44,431 bases of DNA from a virus (Duplodnaviria; Caudoviricetes). The notes beneath the pieces are model-generated. The model made no database searches. It was not told where the DNA came from and worked only from the letters and a program-made list of their open reading frames with translations. The position numbers and the translations under genes were made by a program. This document shows positions 14,991 through 25,200 of the stretch, piece after piece. Every line of letters begins with the position of its first letter. Position 1 is the first letter of the stretch. Location: positions 1 through 44,431 of the IMG/VR virus record IMGVR_UViG_3300033153_002357; one strand, written 5' to 3'.

Positions 14991-16456
14991 AGTTCATATT
15001 CCTTTATTTTCTTTTTAGCTTTTAATTTGTAGAGATTATTTCTTGCTCTAGTGATTCCTACATACCACACTCTATGTTCTTCATCTTGTTTGTCAAGGCT
15101 TGTTTTGATTCCTCTTTGAACTCTCTCACCTTGATGCATAGATAAAATTACATTGTCCTCTTCACCGCCTTTTATTGCATGTATGGTAGACATCCATATT
15201 CTTGCACGTTCACTTAGTTTTTCACCTGCAGCTATTAGGTTTCTTAAATATAAAATGTCTTTTTGGTCAGCTATAAAAATATCATACCAAGGAATTTTTC
15301 TATTCCACTTACCATCAGGTATGTATTCAGTAACTGATCTAACTTCCTTCTCTTCTAACTTCTCTCCTTTACACCATTTGGTATAGGCCTGCGCACCTTC
15401 ATACATTCCAACACTGTAGCTTTTACCTTTATTGCTTTGATAATAAAAATTCTTTTCTTTTAAATCTTTCATAATGTCTATTAAGTTATTTTTTGTTCTA
15501 GTAAGAATAAGCCATCGTCCTTTTGTAAGATCAACCTGGTTCAAATCACTAATCCAAGACGCATGACCTTCTTCAGATCTTGGAAGATATTCTTTTTGTT
15601 TCCTGAGGCCTGATATACGGCTTATGGGTATTTCAGATTGTTCCTGTATAGCTTTTGATATACGTCTCGACTTTCTTAAAATTCTTTCTCCAAAATACCT
15701 ACCTTCAGTTTTTTCTTCTATAAATCTATTAACATCAGCACCGGCCCATGCGTAGATAGCTTGGTCATCATCACCAGCCAAATAAATATCATCAGTAAAT
15801 CGTTTTAGTTTGTCATAAAGTTTCCACTGTAGTGGAGATAGATCTTGCGCTTCATCTATAAATATAACTTTAAATCTCGGCATGTCTTTATCCGGCAGAT
15901 TTAAGACAGCAGATATTAAATCATTAAAATCTAGTAGAGATTTTTTTCTTTTATATTCTTGTAAATTTATATCTATGTTGTGAAGTACATCCCAATCTAT
16001 TTCTTGGTGGTTATGTTCGTTCCTGTCATACTCTTCTCTTACCGTAGTATCTCTGTTAATTGCTCTTTGAATCATTTGATAATATGGATTTCTACTTGTT
16101 AGGTAATGTGTCTCTTCTTCGTTATACTTATCTGAAAACTTAACTCGTATACCTAAATCTTTTCCAAGTTCTTCGTAGTGATATGGCTGCATAATATCCT
16201 CTTCTTTTAATCCTAGTAAATGATAACAGAACGCATGAATAGTTTGAAAGTATGGCACTTCTTTTTCTGATACACCAATTCTTGTTCTTGCTTCTTGTGC
16301 AGCTTTCTTTGTAAATGCAAAATATCCAATGTTGTGTAATTTAGTTTTTGATCTTTCGTATGCTTTAACTCGACTAATTAATCTATACGTCTTACCTGTC
16401 CCAGGAGGTCCGTAAATTTTATTAATGTTTGGAGTCGATCTTTTTGAAAGTGTCAA
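14987..16456 (-). CDS. UvrD/Rep-like superfamily 1 helicase
   Basis: GPPGTGKT, AFTKKAA, TIHAF, IDEAQD, GDDDQAIY, STIHAIKGGE, YVGITRA. Confidence 0.92.
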   Translation of the reverse strand: MTLSKRSTPNINKIYGPPGTGKTYRLISRVKAYERSKTKLHNIGYFAFTKKAAQEARTRIGVSEKEVPYFQTIHAFCYHLLGLKEEDIMQPYHYEELGKDLGIRVKFSDKYNEEETHYLTSRNPYYQMIQRAINRDTTVREEYDRNEHNHQEIDWDVLHNIDINLQEYKRKKSLLDFNDLISAVLNLPDKDMPRFKVIFIDEAQDLSPLQWKLYDKLKRFTDDIYLAGDDDQAIYAWAGADVNRFIEEKTEGRYFGERILRKSRRISKAIQEQSEIPISRISGLRKQKEYLPRSEEGHASWISDLNQVDLTKGRWLILTRTKNNLIDIMKDLKEKNFYYQSNKGKSYSVGMYEGAQAYTKWCKGEKLEEKEVRSVTEYIPDGKWNRKIPWYDIFIADQKDILYLRNLIAAGEKLSERARIWMSTIHAIKGGEEDNVILSMHQGERVQRGIKTSLDKQDEEHRVWYVGITRARNNLYKLKAKKKIKEYEL

Positions 16457-17129
16457 CTAATCTTCCTTTCCATCCATAGCTACCATGATGTGTTGTAACA
16501 GCATCAACTAACGCATGAACCTTTATGTCGTTTTCTTTTACAAGATTACAAAAGTTGACATCTTCTCCCCACCAGAACCCAGACTCTTTATCAAAGCTAG
16601 TGTCCCAGAAGTTATAAAAATATTCGTTTGCTTTATCTGATATAATCTCTTTTTGTTTTATTTTTAAATCTGGTCTTGCTTTAATTAATTTTTCATACAC
16701 ACTTCTTTTAATTAAAGTCAAACCTGCAGGTCCTTTAGATATTTCTGCAATACCCTTCTTATCTACAAATATCTCATTCTGTCCCCAGCTAACTGGAAAC
16801 GCCACAGAAAACTTAACTGAATTATCCTGTGTCTTTTTTCTATAAGGTGCACAAATAATATCTTTGTCCGCCAGTAACATTCTACCTATAACTTCAGGTT
16901 CAAATTCTACATCTGCATCCACAAATAATTGATAATCCATATTCGATTCTAAAAACATGGCTGTCAAAACATTTCTGCCATATCCAACATATGGACATTT
17001 AAATGTATTTATGGTTGCTTTTACTTTTGCTGCAGTCAGTTTATCCATTGTCTTTATTAAAGATAAACAGGTTGCAACTTGCATGGTATCATATGTAGGC
17101 ATAGATACACAAACGCTTGGTGCCGTCAT
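16422..17129 (-). CDS. GT-A fold glycosyltransferase-like protein
   Basis: VSMPTY, RN.L...FL, LFVDAD (DxD), GLTLIKR, GEDVNFC; paralog of 29205-30086. Confidence 0.75.
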   Translation of the reverse strand: MTAPSVCVSMPTYDTMQVATCLSLIKTMDKLTAAKVKATINTFKCPYVGYGRNVLTAMFLESNMDYQLFVDADVEFEPEVIGRMLLADKDIICAPYRKKTQDNSVKFSVAFPVSWGQNEIFVDKKGIAEISKGPAGLTLIKRSVYEKLIKARPDLKIKQKEIISDKANEYFYNFWDTSFDKESGFWWGEDVNFCNLVKENDIKVHALVDAVTTHHGSYGWKGRLVDTFKKIDSKH

Positions 17130-18754
17130 ACTATATCCTCCTTGTCTTCTATTGCTAGTAATTCATCTGGTATTTCTTCTTTACTTAAATCTTGTTTAGG
17201 AAGTTTTAAAACTCTCAGTGGAGGAAAAGCCTCTTCGTTTTCTCCTTTTGGAAATCTTTTTTGATAGTTAAATTCACCTTTGAAATATTGTTTTATCATT
17301 GTAGCTGTTCTTGCTTTTTCTAAATTCCATTCTCCTCGTCTCAGTTCTTCGTAAAACTTATCGTATATGAAATAATAATGATCTTCCTCTTCCAGGACAG
17401 ACCCACTTTTGAATGATACATATGTCTTTGCTCTTGGTCCGTTTACAAAATCAAACAAAGCTTTTTTCAAAGTATCTAATGGAGTTGTACCTGCAGGTGG
17501 TTGAAGTGTTTGCATTGTACTCCACAATCCATTTAATACTTGTTGGTATTCTTTTTCTTTAATTACTGGTGGATAGGTTGTCGTGTAGTCAGCAATTAAA
17601 CTACGCATCTGTTTCATTTCATTAAACTGTTTTATATTCTTAGCATGCACTTGTACCTTTCTACCTTCGCCTACATCTATATCAAAATAGTATTCATGAT
17701 CAGGTTTATATAAAACCCGAATGAGGCCTGACACTGCAGGCCATTCGGTTTCAAAGTGGCCACCTATACCGTATTTTGTTTTTAAACATATTCCCTTTGC
17801 GCAATGAGCTGAGATAGGTAAATCATTACATTTAAAACCAGCTGTATCTCGTTTCCAATATTTTATTTTTTCTTCTACCTTACCATCACCCCAAATATCA
17901 TCGTACTTAATGTAATCTCTAGCTGCTTGTAAAACTTTCTTCTCCCAATCATCTTTATATTTTTTCTTAGCAAACACCATGTAGTTATAAAGAAATCTAT
18001 CTCTTTCATCTTCTAGTTTTTTACCTGTCTCTATTATATCTTTACATATCTTACGTAAACATGGAGGGCCATCTAATAAATCTTCTGGACCACCTGTTAA
18101 AATATCACTTACCTTTTTAGCAGATACTTCTTCTAAACTTTCTTTAGTTTGCAAATTCAGTTCTACTGTTTTTAAAAAAAAATCTAATTCCATTTTACTT
18201 CCATCAAGATTAAAAGCTTTACGCTCTGTCTTTTTAAAATATGGAAGGTTAATAAAACTACCTGAAGTCTTTTCACCATGTTGGTTTGTACCCAGTGAAG
18301 TTTGTTTAGGAAATATTTCTGTCTTCGCAGGTAAGCCGAATAAAAATAATATGTTGGATAAAAATTCTCTGATTAAAGTTGAAGATACTTTTTCTTTTGT
18401 AAATACATAAATGTGTAAGCCACCGCTTTTAGATTCAATTGGTATTACAGGTAAATTATTTTTTTCTATAACGGATAAATATTTTTTTAAATCAAATTTT
18501 TCATAGTCATCAGGGTCAACATCTATTGCTCCGAAGCTTGCCATACCCTGATCATCACAAGGTTGAAGACCAATAGATTTGATACCACTTAAATGATCTT
18601 CATAATCTTTAGAAACTATAGGTCGTTTAGCCCAACCATAATCACCCGGATCAAATTTTAATTTGTTTGTTTTGGAATCTATATATCCGTTCTTTACATT
18701 ACAGAAACCAAAGTCTCTATCTAATCCACTAAAAAATTTTTCAAACTCTTTCAT
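17126..18754 (-). CDS. Primase (archaeo-eukaryotic primase / primase-polymerase-like)
   Basis: GAIDVD, SKSGGLHIY, EIFPKQ, INLPY, PPCL motifs; start set at ATG 18754 because the GTG at 18775 lies inside a hairpin loop. Confidence 0.75.
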   Translation of the reverse strand: MKEFEKFFSGLDRDFGFCNVKNGYIDSKTNKLKFDPGDYGWAKRPIVSKDYEDHLSGIKSIGLQPCDDQGMASFGAIDVDPDDYEKFDLKKYLSVIEKNNLPVIPIESKSGGLHIYVFTKEKVSSTLIREFLSNILFLFGLPAKTEIFPKQTSLGTNQHGEKTSGSFINLPYFKKTERKAFNLDGSKMELDFFLKTVELNLQTKESLEEVSAKKVSDILTGGPEDLLDGPPCLRKICKDIIETGKKLEDERDRFLYNYMVFAKKKYKDDWEKKVLQAARDYIKYDDIWGDGKVEEKIKYWKRDTAGFKCNDLPISAHCAKGICLKTKYGIGGHFETEWPAVSGLIRVLYKPDHEYYFDIDVGEGRKVQVHAKNIKQFNEMKQMRSLIADYTTTYPPVIKEKEYQQVLNGLWSTMQTLQPPAGTTPLDTLKKALFDFVNGPRAKTYVSFKSGSVLEEEDHYYFIYDKFYEELRRGEWNLEKARTATMIKQYFKGEFNYQKRFPKGENEEAFPPLRVLKLPKQDLSKEEIPDELLAIEDKEDIV

Positions 18755-18763
18755 AAATAAATA

Positions 18764-18791
18764 GGGCGCCTCCACTCTCGCTTCAGCGCCC
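18764..18791 (-). promoter_or_regulatory. GC-rich hairpin with GAGA tetraloop upstream of the primase
   Basis: Minus strand GGGCGCT-GAA-GC-GAGA-GT-GGA-GGCGCCC. Confidence 0.55.
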
Positions 18792-18827
18792 CCTCACTAG
18801 CCAAGTGTACTTCTCAAAAGTACTCGG

Positions 18828-19598
18828 TTATACAATGCCCGCCTTTTGTTCAGACTTCTCATACTGAGGTTTTGCTGTACCTTTCGATACAGACTTCTGA
18901 AGTTGCTGTGCAAGTTCATATATCTCAGCATCATTTTTATCTGCAACATCAAGATTTTTTACTCTTGAAGGCTTATAGACATGCCACCTTTTACTGCCCG
19001 CTGTTTTACCAACAGTTTTCAAATTGTAAACCGCTGAGTATGCAGCTGGATTAAAAGAGCCTTCTGCATCTGTGAATCTAAGATTCTTGATGAGATTATT
19101 AAGCTCTCTTGCCGGTGTAAGATTAGAAGATCTCATTGGAATTACTGCTGGCTTTAACTCATTATCTACCATTGCTAGTACATAAAAGTATGCAGTCTTT
19201 TCAACATAGTTACCATTTGGTAATCTATGTCTACCATTTCTCTCTTCAACAGCGTCCGCTGGAATTTCTAAATGCGTTCCAACTGGAGCTGAAGCACTAT
19301 CTCCACGCTCCTGCCATTCTGGATATCTAGTTTGAGAATGTGCGATCACCACGTCTAATCCTTTTGATCCGTCGATTAGTTTCGTGAAGCTTGATGCATA
19401 GATCATGCCAGGTTCTGCACCTTCAACATGTTTTGCATCTCTCGGATTACATTCAGGGGATAGTTCATGAAGAATTTTTAAGATCGGAGTCGATACATCA
19501 TCCGATTTAATTTCTTCAGCTCCTTTACCTGAGTCTGATCTGAGATTTATAGTTGCTAGTTGACCTGCACTATTCTTTTTTACTACTTCTTTTTCCAT
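18828..19598 (-). CDS. Putative ssDNA-binding / recombination protein
   Basis: PILKIL..LSPE, GAEPG, YPEW, VIPMRSS; lies directly before the primase; strong TAAGGAG SD. Confidence 0.55.
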   Translation of the reverse strand: MEKEVVKKNSAGQLATINLRSDSGKGAEEIKSDDVSTPILKILHELSPECNPRDAKHVEGAEPGMIYASSFTKLIDGSKGLDVVIAHSQTRYPEWQERGDSASAPVGTHLEIPADAVEERNGRHRLPNGNYVEKTAYFYVLAMVDNELKPAVIPMRSSNLTPARELNNLIKNLRFTDAEGSFNPAAYSAVYNLKTVGKTAGSKRWHVYKPSRVKNLDVADKNDAEIYELAQQLQKSVSKGTAKPQYEKSEQKAGIV

Positions 19599-19631
19599 AT
19601 TTACTCCTTATTAGTTTGTTAGTTTAGTAGT

Positions 19632-20177
19632 TTATTTGGTTTTTATTTTTGTTTGATTTCCTTCAAACACTGTAAACAACTCTGCAGGTATACTATTACC
19701 TTTTGAGTGATAGTCCTGCAAAGTTGTTCTAAGGGTTCCGGCATGAACTGCAACTTTCCGATCGGGTTCATAACCTTGTCCTCTTGCAAGGGTCGCATAC
19801 TGCTCCGCCTTGTCATCTTCGTTGAGACCAAACTTAACTGTGATTTCATTTTTCACAATCGAACCTAGTCCCGCTTTTCGAAGCCATTCATGTGCCTCTT
19901 CTTTTTTATCTGCAATAATAGAAGCACCAAAAACATTCTTAATTGAAATCTCTGATCCGTCTTTCAACTTGAGTGTTTTTAAATTTAAAGAATTCATTAG
20001 ATCAGGAATAATAATATTAGAATAATATTTTTCCCTCTCTTTTAACTCACCTATTTTTAATAAATGTTTTCCTATCTCCGCTTGTATATCTTGAAGCGTA
20101 TTAATTTGTTTTGATAGTTCGTCTGGATTGACATCTGCAACCTGATTCGGTGCATCTTTTCTTAGATCTATATTCAT
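19632..20177 (-). CDS. Replication-module hypothetical protein
   Basis: IPDLM..L.LKDGS.I, AHEWLR..G.GSIVK, VHAGTL. Confidence 0.75.
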   Translation of the reverse strand: MNIDLRKDAPNQVADVNPDELSKQINTLQDIQAEIGKHLLKIGELKEREKYYSNIIIPDLMNSLNLKTLKLKDGSEISIKNVFGASIIADKKEEAHEWLRKAGLGSIVKNEITVKFGLNEDDKAEQYATLARGQGYEPDRKVAVHAGTLRTTLQDYHSKGNSIPAELFTVFEGNQTKIKTK

Positions 20178-20232
20178 AACTTTCCTTATATATGTTTATT
20201 AGTTTAATCATTAGTAGTAACTTCGCATTTGC

Positions 20233-20260
20233 AATATAAGGATATAAAAGTTGTTGTCAA
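20233..20260 (-). promoter_or_regulatory. Putative promoter TTGACA-N16-TATATT for the replication operon
   Basis: TGTCAA 20255-20260, AATATA 20233-20238; includes a TAAGGATA variant of the repeated motif. Confidence 0.6.
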
Positions 20261-20261
20261 C

Positions 20262-20597
20262 TTATTTTTGATAAATATTTATCTCAATTGGATAATAAGT
20301 TTTTTCTTGACGATCCCATTTTAATAATTTGTATTTACCATTTGTTTGATCGGCAACTAGTGAACATACAACTCCTATGATAGCTGGATCGCCTGATAAT
20401 AAAAGATAATCATCTTCAGTGTAGTTCTTTAGAAGGCTTCTAAGTTTTATAATCAATGGACCTGGTGAATGTATCATTTGTGAAAACTCCGGAAGCATGG
20501 TCACAATTTCACCATATTTCTGTGCGCCAACAATATTATATTTTGGTTCGCCTTTTGAAGTTCCAGGGATCTCTTGTATTAAATAAACTTTTGACAT
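20262..20597 (-). CDS. Hypothetical protein
   Basis: ORF track; DYLLLSGDP, LKWDRQ. Confidence 0.8.
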   Translation of the reverse strand: MSKVYLIQEIPGTSKGEPKYNIVGAQKYGEIVTMLPEFSQMIHSPGPLIIKLRSLLKNYTEDDYLLLSGDPAIIGVVCSLVADQTNGKYKLLKWDRQEKTYYPIEINIYQK

Positions 20598-20625
20598 TGA
20601 CTTTTTATCTTTCGTACTATATATA
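20591..20625 (+). promoter_or_regulatory. Putative promoter for the SNF2 helicase (TTGACA-N18-TACTAT or TTGACT-N17-TATATA)
   Basis: Direct reading of 20591-20625 at the divergent junction. Confidence 0.55.
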
Positions 20626-20646
20626 GCTTTTTAGAAAGAAAAGTAA

Positions 20647-22089
20647 ATGATTAACTATAAGTTTAAAACAAAGCCGTACGCGCACCAATTAAAAGCTTTA
20701 GAGCGTTCTTGGGATAAAGAATATTTTGCCTATTTCATGGAAATGGGGACAGGTAAATCAAAGGTTTTAATCGATAATGCGTCGATGCTTTATGACAAAG
20801 GCGAGATAAATGGGCTTCTCTTAATTGCCCCAAAAGGTGTTTATAAAAACTGGTATGAAGGTGAGATACCTACGCACATGGTTGACCACATAGAAAAAAA
20901 TGTGGTGCTGTGGCAGACCTCTAATTCTACACCTGAACAGTTAAAAAAATTAAACAGCTTGTTTGCAACAGGTACAGACTTTCATATCATAGTTATGAAT
21001 GTGGAGGCTTTTTCATATGCAAAAGCAACTGAGTTTGCTAAACGTTTTTTAGATTCACACAAAGCAATGGTTGCAATAGATGAGTCTACTTCAATCAAAA
21101 CACCTACAGCAAATAGAACAAAAAATATTTTATCTTTAAAAAGTAAAGCGAAGTATAGAAGAATACTGACAGGATCTCCAATCACTAATTCACCATTAGA
21201 TCTTTGGAGCCAGGCTCAGTTTCTTGATTCCTGGCTCTTGGGGTTTGATTCTTTTTGGGCGTATCGTGCTCACTATTGTATAATGAAAACAATGAACTTA
21301 GGTTCTCGTTCTGTTACAGTTCCTATAGGCCCTAATAAAAGAAACATTCCAGAGCTAGAAGCAAAGATAAAAAAATTTAGTGAACGTGTTTTAAAAGACG
21401 AATGTCTAGACTTACCTAAGAAAACTTATGTGACACGTAAAATAGAATTAACTGGTGTGCAAAGAAAACTTTATGATGAGATGCGTAAGTATGCAATATC
21501 AGAACTAGAGGGAAAGGTTTGTTCTACATCTACAGTAATGGTGCAGCTATTAAGACTCCATCAAATTTCATGTGGCTACCACGCAACAGACGATGGTAAG
21601 CCTCAACAACTTCCATGTAATAGATTAACTGAGTTGATGGATATTATTTGGGAGATCTCAGGTAAAGCTGTCATCTGGTCTTTCTATCAAAAAGATGTTG
21701 AAAGAATTATAGAGGAAATAAAAAAAACACATGGTGAAAACTCTGTTGTAGATTACTATGGTTTAACACCACAAGATGAAAGACAGAACAATATAAAAAG
21801 ATTTCAAGAAGACCCTGAGTGTAGATTTTTTGTAGGCACTACACAAACTGGCGGGTATGGTATCACACTTACATCTGCAAGTACAATGATCTATTATTCA
21901 AATGGTTATGATCTTGAAAAAAGATTACAGTCAGAAGCGCGTATAGATCGTATAGGTCAAGAAAAACCTATGACATATATTGATCTAGTCGCTGATGATA
22001 CAATCGATATCAAAGTTCAAAAAGCTTTAAGAACTAAAATGAATATCGCCACTGAAGTTATGGGCGAAGAACTTAAAGAATGGATTTAA
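20647..22089 (+). CDS. SNF2-family (SF2) DNA helicase/ATPase
   Basis: MEMGTGKS, IAPK, IDEST, LTGSP, GGYGITLT, QSEARIDRIGQ. Confidence 0.92.
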   Translation: MINYKFKTKPYAHQLKALERSWDKEYFAYFMEMGTGKSKVLIDNASMLYDKGEINGLLLIAPKGVYKNWYEGEIPTHMVDHIEKNVVLWQTSNSTPEQLKKLNSLFATGTDFHIIVMNVEAFSYAKATEFAKRFLDSHKAMVAIDESTSIKTPTANRTKNILSLKSKAKYRRILTGSPITNSPLDLWSQAQFLDSWLLGFDSFWAYRAHYCIMKTMNLGSRSVTVPIGPNKRNIPELEAKIKKFSERVLKDECLDLPKKTYVTRKIELTGVQRKLYDEMRKYAISELEGKVCSTSTVMVQLLRLHQISCGYHATDDGKPQQLPCNRLTELMDIIWEISGKAVIWSFYQKDVERIIEEIKKTHGENSVVDYYGLTPQDERQNNIKRFQEDPECRFFVGTTQTGGYGITLTSASTMIYYSNGYDLEKRLQSEARIDRIGQEKPMTYIDLVADDTIDIKVQKALRTKMNIATEVMGEELKEWI

Positions 22090-22292
22090 AAAAATCCTTT
22101 ATCGAAAACTACTTCTAAAAGAAGTAATGACACAGCCCCCACCGTGCCCAATAAAACCCAATAGATTTTGTCTATCTTGCCACCCAATTCATGAATACCA
22201 TTATGCATATGTGTAATATCTTTTTTTACACCTTTGACATGTCCATATAGAGATACAATGTGTTCTCTTGTAGTTTTTGGTTCTATTGCCAT
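22086..22292 (-). CDS. Small membrane protein (coiled coil plus C-terminal TM)
   Basis: IYWVLLGTVGAVSLLLLEVVF hydrophobic segment. Confidence 0.75.
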   Translation of the reverse strand: MAIEPKTTREHIVSLYGHVKGVKKDITHMHNGIHELGGKIDKIYWVLLGTVGAVSLLLLEVVFDKGFF

Positions 22293-25200
22293 TACGAAAT
22301 CATTCCTCTGTTTCTTTGTCTAATTAATTTTTCTTCGGGCGATAATAATATATCCTCTAGACGTGTTAGTCCAGTCTGTTGTGCCTGCGCTTGATTTAGT
22401 ATGTTTTGACCTGTTGTAATTACCTGTGGGTTTGGAGTAGCAGAAGTAACTGCTTGTGGTAATGGTGGCGTTTCTATCTCAGGTATTAGATAATCATTTA
22501 CATTTATATTAAATTGACCATCTAAACTTAATCTTTCCATGTCGTTAACCATTCTAAATATCTCACTTTCAGCTTCTAAGAATGGGTTAGGTTCACCCAA
22601 TCCCTCTGCAATTTCTGCAAACTTATCTTGGATATCTCTAGACGGAGTATATGCAGTAAATACTCCATCAAATAAATCATTGAATGATTTTTGACTGATC
22701 TGTCTTTCTTTAAATTCATTTTCTAAATTAAAAGAGTTTACATCTAGTGCAAGTGCAGCATTTATATCTTTAAACATTTCTTGTTGCACACCAAATCTAG
22801 CGGCATTAGATTTGTAGAATCTTGAAATAATATCGTTAGCACTTACAGGACCACCTTTTAATAAACCAAAGTAACCACCTGTAAATTCTCTTCGTGCATT
22901 TCTTATACCTTCTTGATAATCTGCTATTTTAAATCCCATAGATTTTAAAGGATCTACTTTAATAGGTCTTAGACCCATAAACCCGGCTAACTCTGGACCA
23001 ATATCTAATATTTCACCTCTTGCATCTGGTGTTCCAAAAGCAGCATTTCCAATTCTTTGAAATTGTTTGTATGACGGTGCCAATGCATTTCCTAAATGTA
23101 AGAATCTAATTGCAGCTTTATCACCTGCAGATGTTTCATCTGTATATAATCTTCTACCTTCCCTAGTTCTACCACCTCTTACAATAAGATCAGCTGTAGC
23201 TTCTGTCCAAATAGACTCTGATATAAATGGATTCATGATCTCAGCACTAGCTTCTCCAATACCACTTACAAAACTTTCTAGTAGTAAAGAATCATCTAAT
23301 TGTCCATCTTGAACATTGTTTATCAAAGTTCGTAGAGGTCTACTAATTACATCGTAAGCATTACTGTGACTGAAATCTATATATCTTAACTCACCGTCAT
23401 CATCTCTCAAAGGTATCAGTGTAGAATTTCTTGACCACTCAGGTACGAATCTTCTTAAAGCTTCTAATTCTTCTTTAGATACATCATACAATGCGGCAGC
23501 TCCTTCTGTCAGTGCAATCGGAGCAGCTGTAGTAAATGTAGCCATACCTAATAATCTTTTAAAACCAACTCCATAAGCAGGGTTATCATTCTTGACTAAC
23601 TGTCCAGTAGCAGCATCTACAACAACAGGTAATACATTACTTCCTATCGTAGGCTTTGAGTGTTTCATTTCATTTAAACCTAGTTCTACAATGTTTGTAG
23701 TTGTTCTTATCATCTCAGATGGGAACGACATGAAGTTACCAATCGGTAATAATCTAGCTGTTCTAACTGCTGGACCAACAAAAGAATAGTTTGGAACAGT
23801 ATTCTTAACTATATTTGCAGCTTCAACTTTCAATGCAAAGTCATCTACAAATTGATCATAACTTCCTTTAAAACCTGCAGCTTTTGCTTTTTGAAATTTA
23901 CTTTGTAATTGATCAGCTGATTGAGTAATCAAAGCTCTATTAGCTTTTTTACCTCTAGCTACTTGGTCTTTTAATCTATCTAGCTCAACAACGTAGTTTG
24001 TAATCTTAAATGTGTCGTCCTCTGCAACATATTTACCTTGAAAGAAGTTTCCTAACTTTTTCATTTTAGACATAAAAGGTCTTAATATATTGTCTATGTT
24101 ATATGCTTGCTCACCAAATTTTACGTCACGCAAAAGATTCTTTAGATCTCCTATTTGAACTTGTGAGTTTACAACCCCTAATTCTAATAACTCTCTATAT
24201 GCTTCTTGTGCTCTAGGTGAGTTTGGTCCTAGTTTCGTGAGGCCTGATACATCAACCCCTTCTTTAAATGCTTTAGCTAATTTAGCTGGATTCTCAAATA
24301 AAATACCATTTGCTCCAGAAAAACCTATAGCACTAAACATGTTACGTAAGTGAGTTGGTATAGAGAATATTGTTTTAGCCATTTGAGAAACACCTTTTGG
24401 AAACAATAGTAAATTTCTATATATCCAGGACACAGCTTGTTCTGCACCTTCTTTACCTTCTCCTCTTACAAAACCTTGTAGTCCACTCGCTACGTTGTTA
24501 GCATTCAAGATTGCTTCAGATATTTCTTTTGTAGTAACTGCATCTTTACTAAATGGTGACACAAGATTTTTAGCTCCCGGTAATTTAGCAATCGTGTCAT
24601 TTATATTAACTAAGTCTATACCTGTATTAAATTGGTCAACTGCTTTTGCTCCCTCGTCTGCATTATCCCAAAAGAATCCTCTACCACCTGCTGCTTTTAC
24701 TTGATTGTTTTTAGCAGCTACACTGTTTAAATAGCTAGAAGTTCTCGCCACAGTAGATAAGTTTGTTATTGCATTGAATATAGAGTATCTTGGATCTTGA
24801 ATCTCACCTAACAGTTCTCTAATTACTTTAGGTGGCATTTTTTCTTTTTTGATGGCTTCAGCAATAATGTCTTGACCAGGTCGGCCTTCCATAGATTTAT
24901 TTATGTATTCGTTCAACTGAAGTGGTGTAGGACTTTTTCTTTTTGATACCTGTAATATCAATCTGTCCACTTCATCTTGTGCTTGTTGTTTATATAGAGT
25001 TGGATCTTTTGCTAAATCTGCTAAAGGCGTTCCAGCCTTTTTAGCTATCTCTTCTCTAAAAAATCTAACAGCTGCATCATTTGCTTCTGCTGTTGGAGTG
25101 TATCTTTTAAAAAATTTAAATATACCACCTTGATCTTCAAATATTCTATACGTACCACCAATCCAACCACCTACTCTATCCTTCAGTAGTTCTTGTAATT

